DNA of 38,278 bases from a virus (IMGVR_UViG_3300031449_000029:1-38278), one strand, 5' to 3'. Positions 8,955 through 18,977 are shown, counted from the first letter of the stretch. Made by a program: numbers and translations. Notes: generated from the sequence alone by a model not told the origin.

Positions 8955-9758
8955 ATGGGGTGGCACTACCACAGTCAAAACCTGAACGAGAAGGCGATAC
9001 CGGGCACGCATCGAGAGGAGATCACCGGCCCCCTGTGGCGGCATGGACGCTGCTGGTGGACGTGGTGGGACAAGAGCGGCCACAACAAGGGCAGTGGCCT
9101 GCACGCCTCGTGGAAGATCCCCTGTCGCCACGTCGGCGTCAGTCTCATGATCGGCAACGACTTCGAGGAGGACGTGGCACTGCACGTCGGCGTGGGCCTC
9201 GCCTCTTTGTGGCTGTCGGTGGAAGGCGTCTTTCCGCGTTGCTGGCATGGGCGCAAGGATAAGGACGGGCACTACATTGGGGACATCGACACCAGCCTGC
9301 GCTTTTTCGACGGCGGCGTGTGGTGGAACCTGTGGCGCGACGATAGCGGGTGGTCGCGCGACGTGCCCCGCTGGCGTCACGGCGCTTGGCATCCCCTCGA
9401 TACGTTCCTCGGCCACCTTGTCTACAGCAGTGACACGCTTTCTGAGCAGCGCATCGGTATCCCCCTGCCGGAGGGCGTGCAACCCGCGACCGTGACGTTC
9501 ACGCGCGCGACATGGAAGCGTCCGCGCTGGCCGCGCGCCCTCGTCATTACACGCGCCAACGTCACGCCCGACAAGCCGTTGCCCATACCGGGCAAGGGCG
9601 AGAACAGTTGGGATATGGACGACGACGCCATCTGGGAGACGACCTTCCCCTGCGACAACGTGGAGCGCGCCATCGGACACGTCGTGGAGGATGTGCTGCG
9701 GACGCGTCGGCGGCACGGCGGATCGCGTGAGTGGCAGCCGGCCGAGGCGTGGGCATGA
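8955..9758 (+). CDS. Hypothetical Trp-rich protein
   Basis: GGGAGG RBS; 267-aa ORF with high GC3. Confidence 0.7.
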   Translation: MGWHYHSQNLNEKAIPGTHREEITGPLWRHGRCWWTWWDKSGHNKGSGLHASWKIPCRHVGVSLMIGNDFEEDVALHVGVGLASLWLSVEGVFPRCWHGRKDKDGHYIGDIDTSLRFFDGGVWWNLWRDDSGWSRDVPRWRHGAWHPLDTFLGHLVYSSDTLSEQRIGIPLPEGVQPATVTFTRATWKRPRWPRALVITRANVTPDKPLPIPGKGENSWDMDDDAIWETTFPCDNVERAIGHVVEDVLRTRRRHGGSREWQPAEAWA

Positions 9759-9816
9759 CGCGCCCCGCCATCTCTACCCGCCCCTGTCCCGTACGGCGCG
9801 GCTGGCGGAGCGCGAG

Positions 9817-10050
9817 CTACTCGGCGGAGTCGTCTTGCTTTGTCCTCGCCAGGCGTTCTACCTCGGCGCGACGAAGGATGATGCGTCGCGGCCGATCAAG
9901 CGCCGGGTTCATTTCATTGATGGGCGTCAGCCGCCCTTGCTCAATGCGCCGGAGGACGGTTGCCCGACTGATGTTCAGGAGTTGCGCCGCCTCATCGACG
10001 GTTATCTCGTCGGTTCGTTCTTCCACCAACAACATCTCTATCACTCTCAC
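9817..10050 (-). CDS. Excisionase/MerR-like HTH DNA-binding protein
   Basis: ITVDEAAQLLNISRATVLRRIEQGRL...ILRRAEVERL; TATAAT on minus strand at 10075-10080; true start may be a few codons downstream. Confidence 0.85.
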   Translation of the reverse strand: MRVIEMLLVEERTDEITVDEAAQLLNISRATVLRRIEQGRLTPINEMNPALDRPRRIILRRAEVERLARTKQDDSAE

Positions 10051-10074
10051 GCTTAAACGCTCTCATCCTACCCC

Positions 10075-10111
10075 ATTATACCGACCTGAGACAGGGCGCG
10101 AGTGGTATACT
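10075..10111. promoter_or_regulatory. Back-to-back -10 elements
   Basis: Minus-strand TATAAT (10080-10075) and plus-strand TGGTATACT (10103-10111). Confidence 0.5.
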
Positions 10112-10443
10112 GAGTTAGAGGATATGTGCGCTAGACTCTGCCGTGTTCTCTGGGCATGCAAAAGGCCCGCGCTGCTTGGGGAAGCACGAGCGCGGGCCGA
10201 AAGGAATACCTACATGAATAATACCACATAGCAACAAGAATCGGCCACCTCTACGGCCGACCACGCAACGACGGCCCGGCGCGTTCCCCCTTCCACAGAC
10301 GAGCGCGACCGGGCCGCCCAACCCATCCCAAGCAACGATCACGGCCTCGCTGGGGCACGCTCACCTTTTTTGGAAAGGATCTATTTCATGGTAACGCAAC
10401 ACACGGAGACGACGACGGGCCGCGGTACAGGTGCGGTGCGATC

Positions 10444-10677
10444 ATGACACGTCGCTACACGCACCTCATCGCGAACGGCTACGAGCATCCCTTCCATCCA
10501 CCCATCGCCGCGACACGGCCGCGTGTGGCGTCCACGGACGCTTTCGTGGACGCGGTGTTCACGGCCATCGACACGGGCCGCCTGACCCCGGAGACGAGCG
10601 TTGCGGCGCTGCTTGGGGGCATGCGCATCGACGATGCGATCGGCGTCGAGCAGGCGGCGCGCGAGGCGGGACAATGA
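10444..10677 (+). CDS. Hypothetical protein
   Basis: ORF coupled by ATGA to next gene. Confidence 0.5.
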   Translation: MTRRYTHLIANGYEHPFHPPIAATRPRVASTDAFVDAVFTAIDTGRLTPETSVAALLGGMRIDDAIGVEQAAREAGQ

Positions 10678-10952
10678 CGGTCCCGCGTATCCATCCGCTG
10701 TTGCAACAGACGTGGGACGCGCCCACAGCCACGATCGGTGATAAGATCGCCGCGCGCCTCGTGGCGGCCGAGACCGCGCAGGCCCTCCGCGTCGTGCGCG
10801 CCGACATCGCCGACGCCCGCGCGCTGCGGCTGATCGGGCTATGGGACGCCCTCAGCCTGCGCCTCGTCTACGCGGCCCGCGTGCTTGACCTGGCGGCCCA
10901 ACAATGGGCGCGGGGCTGGGCGCGGGGGCGAGGACGGAGGGCACGGCCATGA
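10674..10952 (+). CDS. Hypothetical protein
   Basis: ATGA overlaps at both ends. Confidence 0.5.
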   Translation: MTVPRIHPLLQQTWDAPTATIGDKIAARLVAAETAQALRVVRADIADARALRLIGLWDALSLRLVYAARVLDLAAQQWARGWARGRGRRARP

Positions 10953-11923
10953 CCACGTCCACCACAACCCGCTCCAGCGTCGCCACCTTGGAGGTCGCGC
11001 GAGCCATGGTGGCGGGCGGCGTCAGCCTTATCCCTATCCGCGTTGACGGCACGAAGGGGCCAGCCGTCCCCGAGTGGACAACCTATCAGGGCCGATTGCC
11101 GACCGAGGACGAATTAGAACGGTGGTACGCGCGCCCGGCCGGCATCGCGGCCATCTGCGGCGCCGTCAGTCGCAACATGGAGGTTATCGACATCGACAGC
11201 GCCGACCTCGTGCAGCCATACAAGGACACGCTAGAGCAGCTGCGGCCGGGGCTCGTGGAGAAGCTCGTCGAGGTGCGGTCGCCGCGCGGCGGGGCGCACT
11301 TCCACTATCGGCACATTGATATCCCCATGGGCAGCAAGCCGCTGGCCCGCCGCCCCATCACGACCGACAACGGCAAGCCCGCGCTCAAGATCCTAATCGA
11401 GACGCGCGGCGAGAAGGGCCTCGTGACCTGCCCCGGCTCCCCGGCCGGGTGCCACGCCAACGGCGGCGTGTACGCGCTCACGCAAGGCGACCTCGCCCAC
11501 CCCCCGCTCTTATCCATCGCCTCGCGTCTCGCCCTGATCGAGGCGGCGTGGACGTTCAACGAGTACGACCCGCCCGCGCCCACCGTCATCCTGCCGCATC
11601 TACAGATTGACGGGGACGGGGACCGTCCAGGCGACCGCTTCAACGCGGAGGCCGACTGGAGCGCGGTCCTGGGTCCGCACGGGTGGCAGCCGACGCGCGT
11701 GATCGGGGCTGAGACGTACTGGGCCAAGCCGGGGGCGGACCCACACGCGGGGCACCACGCCACGACCGGCTACCAGGGCCTCAATATCTTCCGCATGTTC
11801 AGCACGGCCGCCTTCCCGTTTGAGGCCGAGCGCAGCTACACGCCCTTCGCCGCCTATGCCCTCCTTGAGCACGGCGGCGACTACACGGCGGCGGCGCGCT
11901 CATTGAGTGACAGGACACGATGA
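10949..11923 (+). CDS. Bifunctional primase/polymerase (Prim-Pol) domain protein
   Basis: LIPIRVDGTKGP..WTTYQ, GIAAICGAVS..EVIDID, SPRGGAHFHY and IETRGEKGLVTCPGS are Prim-Pol motifs; no C-terminal helicase. Confidence 0.88.
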   Translation: MTTSTTTRSSVATLEVARAMVAGGVSLIPIRVDGTKGPAVPEWTTYQGRLPTEDELERWYARPAGIAAICGAVSRNMEVIDIDSADLVQPYKDTLEQLRPGLVEKLVEVRSPRGGAHFHYRHIDIPMGSKPLARRPITTDNGKPALKILIETRGEKGLVTCPGSPAGCHANGGVYALTQGDLAHPPLLSIASRLALIEAAWTFNEYDPPAPTVILPHLQIDGDGDRPGDRFNAEADWSAVLGPHGWQPTRVIGAETYWAKPGADPHAGHHATTGYQGLNIFRMFSTAAFPFEAERSYTPFAAYALLEHGGDYTAAARSLSDRTR

Positions 11924-12195
11924 TGAATATCGGTGAAGTACTGACCGTACCCGATGTGGAAGGCTCACGGTTCTATCGCCCGACGGATGATGAGTTCGTC
12001 GCTGTCGCTCTCTGCCATAAGTGTGGCCGTGAGCTAGGAGAGGTGTCGATTTTGATTCCCCTAGGACACGAACTCGTGCCCGATGAGTGCGACGATAGCG
12101 CCGACTGCAAGCGTTACCGAGAGGACGCACGGATCTTCTGGGTCAAGGACCATGACACGACGATCATCAACTATCGGCCACGGGTGACAGCATGA
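11920..12195 (+). CDS. Hypothetical Cys-containing protein
   Basis: Coupled overlaps; CHKC...C...C. Confidence 0.55.
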   Translation: MMNIGEVLTVPDVEGSRFYRPTDDEFVAVALCHKCGRELGEVSILIPLGHELVPDECDDSADCKRYREDARIFWVKDHDTTIINYRPRVTA

Positions 12196-13487
12196 CCCCT
12201 GCTGAAATAGCCGCCCTGTTCACGGGCAATGAACCTGATCTCTACGACGCAAACGGTGGCCGTGTCGCCTTTGAGGACGACGCCGAAGAGGACCGCTACT
12301 CGAAAAACTACGACTGGATGTATGTGCTGCGTCTGACCTCGGATGCGCGCACGGTCTACGGCTATATTCGTTGTCGCGCGGGGTCCAAGGGCAAAAGCTG
12401 GCCCGAGCGGTGTGTCATCGCCAAGGTGCTCTTGATGAGTGAACGCAAGATCCACGACATGCTGCATGAGCTTGAAAACAACGGACTCATCACTATCGTG
12501 GATCGGCGCAAAGAGGGCAAGCCGAGCGAGTATATCATCAATCGTCGGCAGACGGTCATGGAGCGCCAGTACGTCTTGCAGAATCTGCAAGACCCCAAAC
12601 CTCTTGCAGATTCTGCAAGAGGGTCTTGCAAACGGCGCAAGAGGGTCTTGCAGAATCTGCAATTTCCATATAAGGAGACAGTAGATACAGCAGTAGATAC
12701 AGCAGTAGATACAAACGAGACGGGGCGCGCTAGCGCGCCATCGGCGGCTAGCGCCGCCCCCGCGCCTCAGCCTTTACCTGGTGATCTTGATCTTGACGAC
12801 CTGCCGGAGTGGGACGCCACGATGCCCGTAACGTCCGTGACGCCTGCTGTCTCCCGGCCCACGCTTGTCCCGCCCCAGACCACGCCCACCGCCGAGAAAA
12901 AGGATCGCACGCCCTCACTCAAAGAGTCGGACCCCGCGATCTGGGCGCGGCGTGAGGCGATTAAGACGCGGTACTTCGCTGAGTTCACGGCCGAGACATG
13001 GGAGAGCCTGTCCCAACGCGAACGCGCTTACCGCAACGAGGACGCTGAGCGCCTGGCCCGTCTCTGCGCGGACACGGACGAGGCCCTGGCCCTCATGCGG
13101 GCGGTCTACGACGAGGGGTGGACCGACCGCGCGACGGGGAAACCCGTCTACCGCAACCGCTGGCTCACGACGGTTTCCCTACTCAAGATCCTCCCCAAAC
13201 GGCTCAAAGATTTTCGCGACGGCGCTATCCAGACGGCGACACCGGCCGATCCCACGGCGCCGCGAGGAACAGGTTACGGCAAGGTGCGGACGAGCGGCCT
13301 GGGACGCACCGACGGCTTCCGCTACGAGCCGCACCCGGTCATCACCTGGTGCGACCACGACAGCAACGGAGGCGGTGAGGGTTGTCGCATGGCAGCGGGT
13401 GAAGAGCACGACACGCCGCTGTGCGGACGGACCGGGACGGTGGTGCTCGAGAAGGACGCCAATGGGGAGGCGCGCCGTGTCTCCTAA
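12192..13487 (+). CDS. Phage-type replication initiator with N-terminal winged HTH
   Basis: ARTVYGYI...SWPERCVIAKVLLMSERKIHDMLHELENNGLI...SEYII; internal iterons; precedes DnaC/DnaB. Confidence 0.8.
   Translation: MTPAEIAALFTGNEPDLYDANGGRVAFEDDAEEDRYSKNYDWMYVLRLTSDARTVYGYIRCRAGSKGKSWPERCVIAKVLLMSERKIHDMLHELENNGLITIVDRRKEGKPSEYIINRRQTVMERQYVLQNLQDPKPLADSARGSCKRRKRVLQNLQFPYKETVDTAVDTAVDTNETGRASAPSAASAAPAPQPLPGDLDLDDLPEWDATMPVTSVTPAVSRPTLVPPQTTPTAEKKDRTPSLKESDPAIWARREAIKTRYFAEFTAETWESLSQRERAYRNEDAERLARLCADTDEALALMRAVYDEGWTDRATGKPVYRNRWLTTVSLLKILPKRLKDFRDGAIQTATPADPTAPRGTGYGKVRTSGLGRTDGFRYEPHPVITWCDHDSNGGGEGCRMAAGEEHDTPLCGRTGTVVLEKDANGEARRVS
12574..12664. repeat. Four palindromic iterons, probable replication origin inside the initiator gene
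   Basis: TCTTGCAGAATCTGCAAGA (12574), TCTTGCAGATTCTGCAAGA (12602), TCTTGCAAACGGCGCAAGA (12624), TCTTGCAGAATCTGCAATT (12646); spacing 28/22/22. Confidence 0.8.
12679..12713 (+). repeat. 12-bp tandem repeat CAGTAGATACAG, ~3 copies
   Basis: Directly visible next to iterons in an AT-richer patch. Confidence 0.8.
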
Positions 13488-14367
13488 CGCGCCGCTCACA
13501 CCGCCCACGATGCTCGGCGCTTTCGCGCTAACTGGGACCCCGACGTGTGCCGCCTGTCACGGCGCGCGGTTCGTCGTCGGGGCGGACGGACACTGGTGGC
13601 CCTGCGCCTGCGCGGCGGGGCCGATCCGCCGCCATGTCCTTGTGCGTGACTCCCTGGGCGCACTGGTAGGGACGGCCGACACGCGCGGGTGGCTGACGCC
13701 ACGCGTGGAGGCGGCCCGCGCGCTGCTGTCCAACGCTGCGCAGCAGCGCGCCTATCTCATCTGCGCCGACGTGGCGCGCGCGGCGACGGGCAGCGTGGCC
13801 CTGTTGGGCGACCATGGAACGGGCAAAAGCTCGCTGCTGCGGGCGCTGGCGCTGGCGCTGTGCGATCACCCCGACACGCGCGTCCAGCCGCGCTACGTCA
13901 CGGCGTCGGGCCTCGTGCGCTACCTGCGCGACGGCATCGACGCCCACGCCAGCACGGCGCGCCTGCGTGAGTTCGTGGACGTACCGGTATTGCTGGTGGA
14001 CGACCTGGGCGCGCAGGGCGACACCGACTGGAGCAGCGGGCAACTCCTGGACATCCTGGACGCGCGCTATGAGCGCGGCGCCGCGACGGTCCTAGCGACG
14101 AACGCCACGCTTGACGGTCTGGGGGCGCGCCTGGGCGATCGCCTGCTCGACCGGCGCGTCTACCGGTTGCACGTCCTGCGCGGCGAGAGCCTGCGCGAAC
14201 GCGGCGTGACCGGGCGTATCCGGGCATGGTCCGCGCCCCTCCCCCCGGCCGGCGACACGGGGGCGACGGCGACGACGCTGCACCGCTTCCGTGGCCGCGA
14301 CGTGATCTGCCCGCGCTGCGACACGCGGCCCCACCTAGCGTGTACGGCGGTGTCCCATGCCGACTGA
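13477..14367 (+). CDS. DnaC/IstB-like AAA+ helicase loader
   Basis: GTG with GGAGG RBS; CAACHG...PCAC zinc motif, Walker A GDHGTGKS, Walker B LLVDDLG, ILDARY, ATN. Confidence 0.88.
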   Translation: MSPNAPLTPPTMLGAFALTGTPTCAACHGARFVVGADGHWWPCACAAGPIRRHVLVRDSLGALVGTADTRGWLTPRVEAARALLSNAAQQRAYLICADVARAATGSVALLGDHGTGKSSLLRALALALCDHPDTRVQPRYVTASGLVRYLRDGIDAHASTARLREFVDVPVLLVDDLGAQGDTDWSSGQLLDILDARYERGAATVLATNATLDGLGARLGDRLLDRRVYRLHVLRGESLRERGVTGRIRAWSAPLPPAGDTGATATTLHRFRGRDVICPRCDTRPHLACTAVSHAD

Positions 14368-16831
14368 GTGGCGCGCGCACAACGGGCACAACGGGAGCGG
14401 CCAGGACGCGGCGGCGGCGCTAGCCGATCTAGGCGCAGAGCGGGCGCTGCTGGGCGCGGTGTTGGCCGAGCCGCGTCGCCTCTCCGACATCGAGGCAACG
14501 CTGCGCTACGACGACTTTGCGGACTCGCTGCACGAAGAAGTCTACGGTCTCATCTGTCGCATGTGGGCGCGGGGCGCGGACATCGACGTAGTGACGGTCG
14601 CGGCCGAGGCGGGGCGCGAGCGGCTGGCGGGCTACGAGGGGGCGCACCAACTGCGCGCCATGGTCACGGATCTACCTGACGCCGCGCACATCGCGTCGTA
14701 CCTGGCGATCGTGCGCGACCTCGGCCGGCGGCGGCGTCTCGTCGGCGCGGGTCTGGACGTGCGGCGGGCGGCGCTGGACAGCGCGACACCGACGGGTGAG
14801 GCACAGGAGCGGGCGCGGACGCTCCTAGCGGCGGCGGTGGCCGACACGGGCGACGGCGACATGGTGTCGCTGGGCGACGCCGTGGACGAGTGGCTGCGCG
14901 ACATGGCGACGCCCCTCGCGGAGCGCCCCATGGGCCTCTCCACGGGTCTGCGTGACCTCGACACGCTGCTGCTGGGCGGCGTCCGGCCGTCGGACCTCGT
15001 GATCCTGGCGGGACGGCCGGCGATGGGCAAGTGCCTGGGGCCTGGCACTCCGGTCTTGATGTTCGACGGGACGGTACGCGCCGTGGAGACGGTACGGCCG
15101 GGCGAGAAGGTGATGGGGCCTGACAACACGCCCCGCACCGTGCTTTCAACGTCGACGGGTGAGGATGAGATGTACCGCATTGTGCCGCGCAAAGGCGATC
15201 CCTGGGTGTGTAATAGCGTCCACATCCTGTCGCTGGTCAGCCATCGCGGCAAAAACCGTGGGGAGATTATCGACATCCCGCTGAACGAATACGTTGACCC
15301 GCGCATTAAGCACGACCACACCAAACTCAAAATGTTCCGGGTCGGCGTGGATTTCCCGGAGCGGCAGACGCTCTTGCCGCCGTATCTTGCCGGGCTGTGG
15401 CTCGGCGATGGCACACGCGCCAAGGCGCAGATCACCAACAAAGAACCAGTCATTGCCGCGTACTGCCAGGAGATCGCGCCATCGCTCGGATGTGATTGCA
15501 CGCTGACACCAGTCCCGCAAAAAAATACGACGACGATCGGCTTTCGCTGGTCAGATAACCGTCGATGGTCGAGGCTTGGGCCAAGTTTGGCTACGCGGGG
15601 CATCCGTCGCCTATTGAACGAAGCAATGGAGAAGAGGATCGCGCCGGAATATCTCTACACGAGCAGGCAAGCGCGTCTCGACCTCCTGGCGGGTCTGGTG
15701 GATACGGATGGCTATGTCTGCGGTGGGTGCATCGATTTCACCACGAAAGACACCGCGCTCAAGGACGACATGCTCTATTTGTGCCGGAGCCTTGGCTTTG
15801 CCGCCTACGCCCGTCCCAAAATCGCTCGTATCAAGGCTCTCGGCTTTGAGGGAACGTACTGGCGGATCTTCATCAGTGGTGATCTATCGGTGATCCCCTG
15901 CCGTGTTCTCAAGATGCCTGTCCGTCGCAAGAACCGCAGTGTCCTACGGACAGGCTTCACGGTTGAACCTATCGGCTGCGGAACGTACCACGGCTTTACG
16001 CTTGACGGTGATGGTCGGTTCTTATTGGGCGACTTTACCGTGACACACAATTCGAGTTGGATGATCGGTATGGCGCGCACGGCGGCGCTGGGGGGCGCGT
16101 CGGTCGTCCTGTTCAGCCTGGAGATGCCACGCAAGCAGCTGGTGATGCGGATGCTGTCGATCGAGACGGGCGTGCCGCTGCCGGACGTGTGGCGGGCCGA
16201 CCCGTCCTCGCCCTATCATCGCGCGCTGTGCGCGGGCGCCGAGCGCCTCAAGGGCTACATCGGGCGCTGCGCGATTTATGATCGGCCGCGCGCCACCGTG
16301 GGCGAGATGGCGCGCCTCGCCGCCCGCGTCCAGGAGCGCGACGGGTTGGGGTTGGTCATGGTCGATTACCTCCAGCGCGTGACGGGCGGCGGCCAGGAGA
16401 GCCGCGTGCAGGAGGTCGCGGCGATCGCGGCCGACCTCAAGACGATGGCGCGCGAGTTGGACGTGCCCGTGGTGGCCCTCTCGCAAGTCAACCGCGCCGT
16501 CGAGGCGCGCGCCGAGCATCGGCCGGGCATGGCCGACCTCTCGGAGAGCGGCAACGTGGAGCGCGAGAGCGATGTGGTGATCTTTCTGTACCGCGAGCAC
16601 TACTACACCAAACAGCCGGACGTGGAGACGCGCGCCGAGGCCATCGTCGCTAAGCAGCGCAACGGGCCGACCGGGACAGTGCAACTGGAGTGGACGCCCG
16701 CCCTGACACGGTTCTCCAGCGCGCCCCAGGCCGGGAGCCCGCCGTCCGCGTCTGCGTCGCCCGCCGTCGCGGGGGCGCCATCCGTGCCCGACTTCGCCGT
16801 CGCTGCGGACGCGCACACCTACGATTTCTAG
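14357..16831 (+). CDS. dnaB: Replicative DnaB helicase with intein
   Basis: AERALLGAVL, GLSTGLRDLD, LAGRPAMGK, FSLEM, VMVDYLQ, LSQVNR, LSESGNVERESD, KQRNGPTG. Confidence 0.95.
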   Translation: MPTEWRAHNGHNGSGQDAAAALADLGAERALLGAVLAEPRRLSDIEATLRYDDFADSLHEEVYGLICRMWARGADIDVVTVAAEAGRERLAGYEGAHQLRAMVTDLPDAAHIASYLAIVRDLGRRRRLVGAGLDVRRAALDSATPTGEAQERARTLLAAAVADTGDGDMVSLGDAVDEWLRDMATPLAERPMGLSTGLRDLDTLLLGGVRPSDLVILAGRPAMGKCLGPGTPVLMFDGTVRAVETVRPGEKVMGPDNTPRTVLSTSTGEDEMYRIVPRKGDPWVCNSVHILSLVSHRGKNRGEIIDIPLNEYVDPRIKHDHTKLKMFRVGVDFPERQTLLPPYLAGLWLGDGTRAKAQITNKEPVIAAYCQEIAPSLGCDCTLTPVPQKNTTTIGFRWSDNRRWSRLGPSLATRGIRRLLNEAMEKRIAPEYLYTSRQARLDLLAGLVDTDGYVCGGCIDFTTKDTALKDDMLYLCRSLGFAAYARPKIARIKALGFEGTYWRIFISGDLSVIPCRVLKMPVRRKNRSVLRTGFTVEPIGCGTYHGFTLDGDGRFLLGDFTVTHNSSWMIGMARTAALGGASVVLFSLEMPRKQLVMRMLSIETGVPLPDVWRADPSSPYHRALCAGAERLKGYIGRCAIYDRPRATVGEMARLAARVQERDGLGLVMVDYLQRVTGGGQESRVQEVAAIAADLKTMARELDVPVVALSQVNRAVEARAEHRPGMADLSESGNVERESDVVIFLYREHYYTKQPDVETRAEAIVAKQRNGPTGTVQLEWTPALTRFSSAPQAGSPPSASASPAVAGAPSVPDFAVAADAHTYDF
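15032..16051 (+). mobile_element. Intein (340 aa) with LAGLIDADG homing endonuclease in the DnaB P-loop
   Basis: Starts CLGPGT directly after GK, ends VTHN followed by Ser; blocks YLAGLWLGDG and LLAGLVDTDG. Confidence 0.93.
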
Positions 16832-16852
16832 GCAAGAGAGAGAGGAAGAGCA

Positions 16853-17200
16853 ATGACGAGCATGGTGGACAGGCAGGCGACGGATGGGAGCGCGGGCGTG
16901 ACGCCACGTGACGCGGTGGCGCGGTTATACCCGCTGATGAAACGGGGCGTGGCCGACGGTCTCCATACACAACCCGTGACCGATCAGCAGGCTCGTGCGT
17001 ACCTCTCGGCCGCGCTACGAGGCGAGGACGCGGCGTGTCGCGGGATGGGCGCGCGGGTGGCGCTCAAGGCGCTGGTGGTCGCGTACCGCGATTTGTGCGC
17101 GCGGGTGGCGCACGAGGAGGGCGATGCCTTCGCGGAGGAAGCGGCGCTCAAGCTGTTGCTGGTCAAGAAACCGGCGCGCGAGGAAGGAGCGAGGATATGA
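16853..17200 (+). CDS. Hypothetical protein
   Basis: Purine-rich RBS; coupled to next gene. Confidence 0.6.
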   Translation: MTSMVDRQATDGSAGVTPRDAVARLYPLMKRGVADGLHTQPVTDQQARAYLSAALRGEDAACRGMGARVALKALVVAYRDLCARVAHEEGDAFAEEAALKLLLVKKPAREEGARI

Positions 17201-17589
17201 GCATGCAACCACAGGTAGCGGAGGGGCGGCAGTTCTCCTTTGACGACCTGCCGCACGTAGCGGCGCGGTCGGTCAAGACAGGGAAAGACCATCCCGCCAC
17301 GTCGCGCCAGGCGGCCGAGAAAGCGACCCCCAAGGCGGGCGTCCAGTGGGTGCGGGCGCTGCGCTACGTGGCCCTTACGGGGCCGGTCACGGACTTTCAG
17401 ATCGCGGAGGGGGCACACATGAGCATGGACGCGGTACGGCCCCGTAGGGGGGCGCTGGTGAGCCAGGGGTACGTGGCCCCGGTGGGCGAGGATGGCCTCT
17501 CACCGAGCGGGAACGCGGCGACGCGCTACGCCGTGACCGAGGCGGGGTTGACGCTGCTCAAGGGGTTGGGGTTGGAGGTGGAGGAGTGA
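17197..17589 (+). CDS. Winged-HTH DNA-binding protein
   Basis: GPVTDFQIAEGAHMSMDAVRPRRGALVSQGYV...RYAVTEAG. Confidence 0.65.
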   Translation: MSMQPQVAEGRQFSFDDLPHVAARSVKTGKDHPATSRQAAEKATPKAGVQWVRALRYVALTGPVTDFQIAEGAHMSMDAVRPRRGALVSQGYVAPVGEDGLSPSGNAATRYAVTEAGLTLLKGLGLEVEE

Positions 17590-18977
17590 GCGACTACCAG
17601 ACGTTCCTCGCCTCCAAGCGGATCGAGGCGCGGCCAATGGGCTTCGCAGTCGATCCCGCCGCCCTCAACCCGGCGCTCTTCCCGTTCCAACGTGCGATCA
17701 CGGAGTGGTCCCTCAAGCGCGGGCGCGCGGCGATCTTCGCCGCCGTCGGCCTCGGCAAGACCCCCATGCAGATCGAATGGGCACATCACGTCCACCTCCA
17801 CACGGGCGGCGACGTGTTGATCCTAGCGCCGCTCGCCGTGGCGCAACAGACGCGGCGTGAGGGCCTCAAGTTCGGCCGCACGGTGACGGTCTGCCGCTCC
17901 CAGGAGGACGTGCGCCCCGGCGTCAACGTCACGAATTATGAGATGGTGGAACATTTCGATGCGGCCCGCTTCGCTGGCGTCGTGCTTGATGAATCAGCTT
18001 GTCTCCGGGATTACATGGGCATCGTCAAGCGGCGGCTGGTGGACGCGTTCGCGGCAACGCCGTACCGGCTGTGCTGCACGGCGACGCCCGCCCCGAACGA
18101 TCACATGGAGTTGGGCAATCACTCCGAGTTCCTAGGGGTCATGCCCGCGCCCGAGATGCTCTCGCGCTGGTTTATCAACGACACCAACGCGACGGGTGTA
18201 TATCGCTTGAAGGGGCATGCCGAGGCCGATTTCTGGCGCTGGGTCACGTCGTGGGCGGTGGCGCTGCGGCGGCCGTCCGACCTCGGGGACTACAGTGACG
18301 ACGGCTACATCCTGCCGCCGCTCACGATCCACCAGCACACGGTCGAGGTCGATGTGACGGCCGACCGCGGTGACCATCTGTTCCGCATCCCCGACCTGAG
18401 CGCCACGGCGATCCACGCCGAGATGCGCCGCACGGCCCCGGCGCGCGCGGCCGTCGCCGCCGCGCTTGTTAACGGCACGCCCGGGCCGTGGGCGGTGTGG
18501 GTCAACACGAACTATGAGGCCGACGCCGTGACGGCGCTGCTCCCCGACGCGCTGGAGGTGCGCGGCTCCGACAGCATCGCCGCCAAAGAGGCTAGGCTGG
18601 GCGCGTTCTCGGATGGATCGGCGCGCGTGATCCTGACCAAGGCGAGCGTCGCTGGGAAAGGTCTTAACTGGCAGCACTGCCATCAGACCGCCGTGGTGGG
18701 CCTCTCGTACTCGTTCGAGGCCCTGCACCAACTGACCGGGCGCTTCCACCGCTTCGGCCAAGCGCACGCCGTCGATCTGCACATCATCGCCGCGTCGACC
18801 GAGGGGGCCGTCAAGGCCGCGGTCGAACGCAAGATGGCGGCACACGAACTCATGATGGACAGCCTGACCCGCGCCATGGCCGGCGTCCGCGACCGGGATA
18901 CCACCGACCTCACTCTCACCGCCTATCGCCCCCAGGAGCCGCTCCGCGTTCCTGGCTGGCTCAGGAGCGTCGCATGA
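17586..18977 (+). CDS. SNF2-like superfamily 2 helicase
   Basis: FPFQ, VGLGKT, VVLDES, TATPAPND, GLNWQHC, GRFHRFGQ. Confidence 0.9.
   Translation: MSDYQTFLASKRIEARPMGFAVDPAALNPALFPFQRAITEWSLKRGRAAIFAAVGLGKTPMQIEWAHHVHLHTGGDVLILAPLAVAQQTRREGLKFGRTVTVCRSQEDVRPGVNVTNYEMVEHFDAARFAGVVLDESACLRDYMGIVKRRLVDAFAATPYRLCCTATPAPNDHMELGNHSEFLGVMPAPEMLSRWFINDTNATGVYRLKGHAEADFWRWVTSWAVALRRPSDLGDYSDDGYILPPLTIHQHTVEVDVTADRGDHLFRIPDLSATAIHAEMRRTAPARAAVAAALVNGTPGPWAVWVNTNYEADAVTALLPDALEVRGSDSIAAKEARLGAFSDGSARVILTKASVAGKGLNWQHCHQTAVVGLSYSFEALHQLTGRFHRFGQAHAVDLHIIAASTEGAVKAAVERKMAAHELMMDSLTRAMAGVRDRDTTDLTLTAYRPQEPLRVPGWLRSVA

Noticed and set aside
12574-12713. CRISPR array
   Set aside because: Repeats are separated by only 3-9 nt and lie inside a rep gene; they are iterons.
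12865-13476. N-terminal 204 aa of the 500-aa ORF
   Set aside because: Overlaps the initiator gene; the real start is GTG 13477 with a GGAGG RBS.
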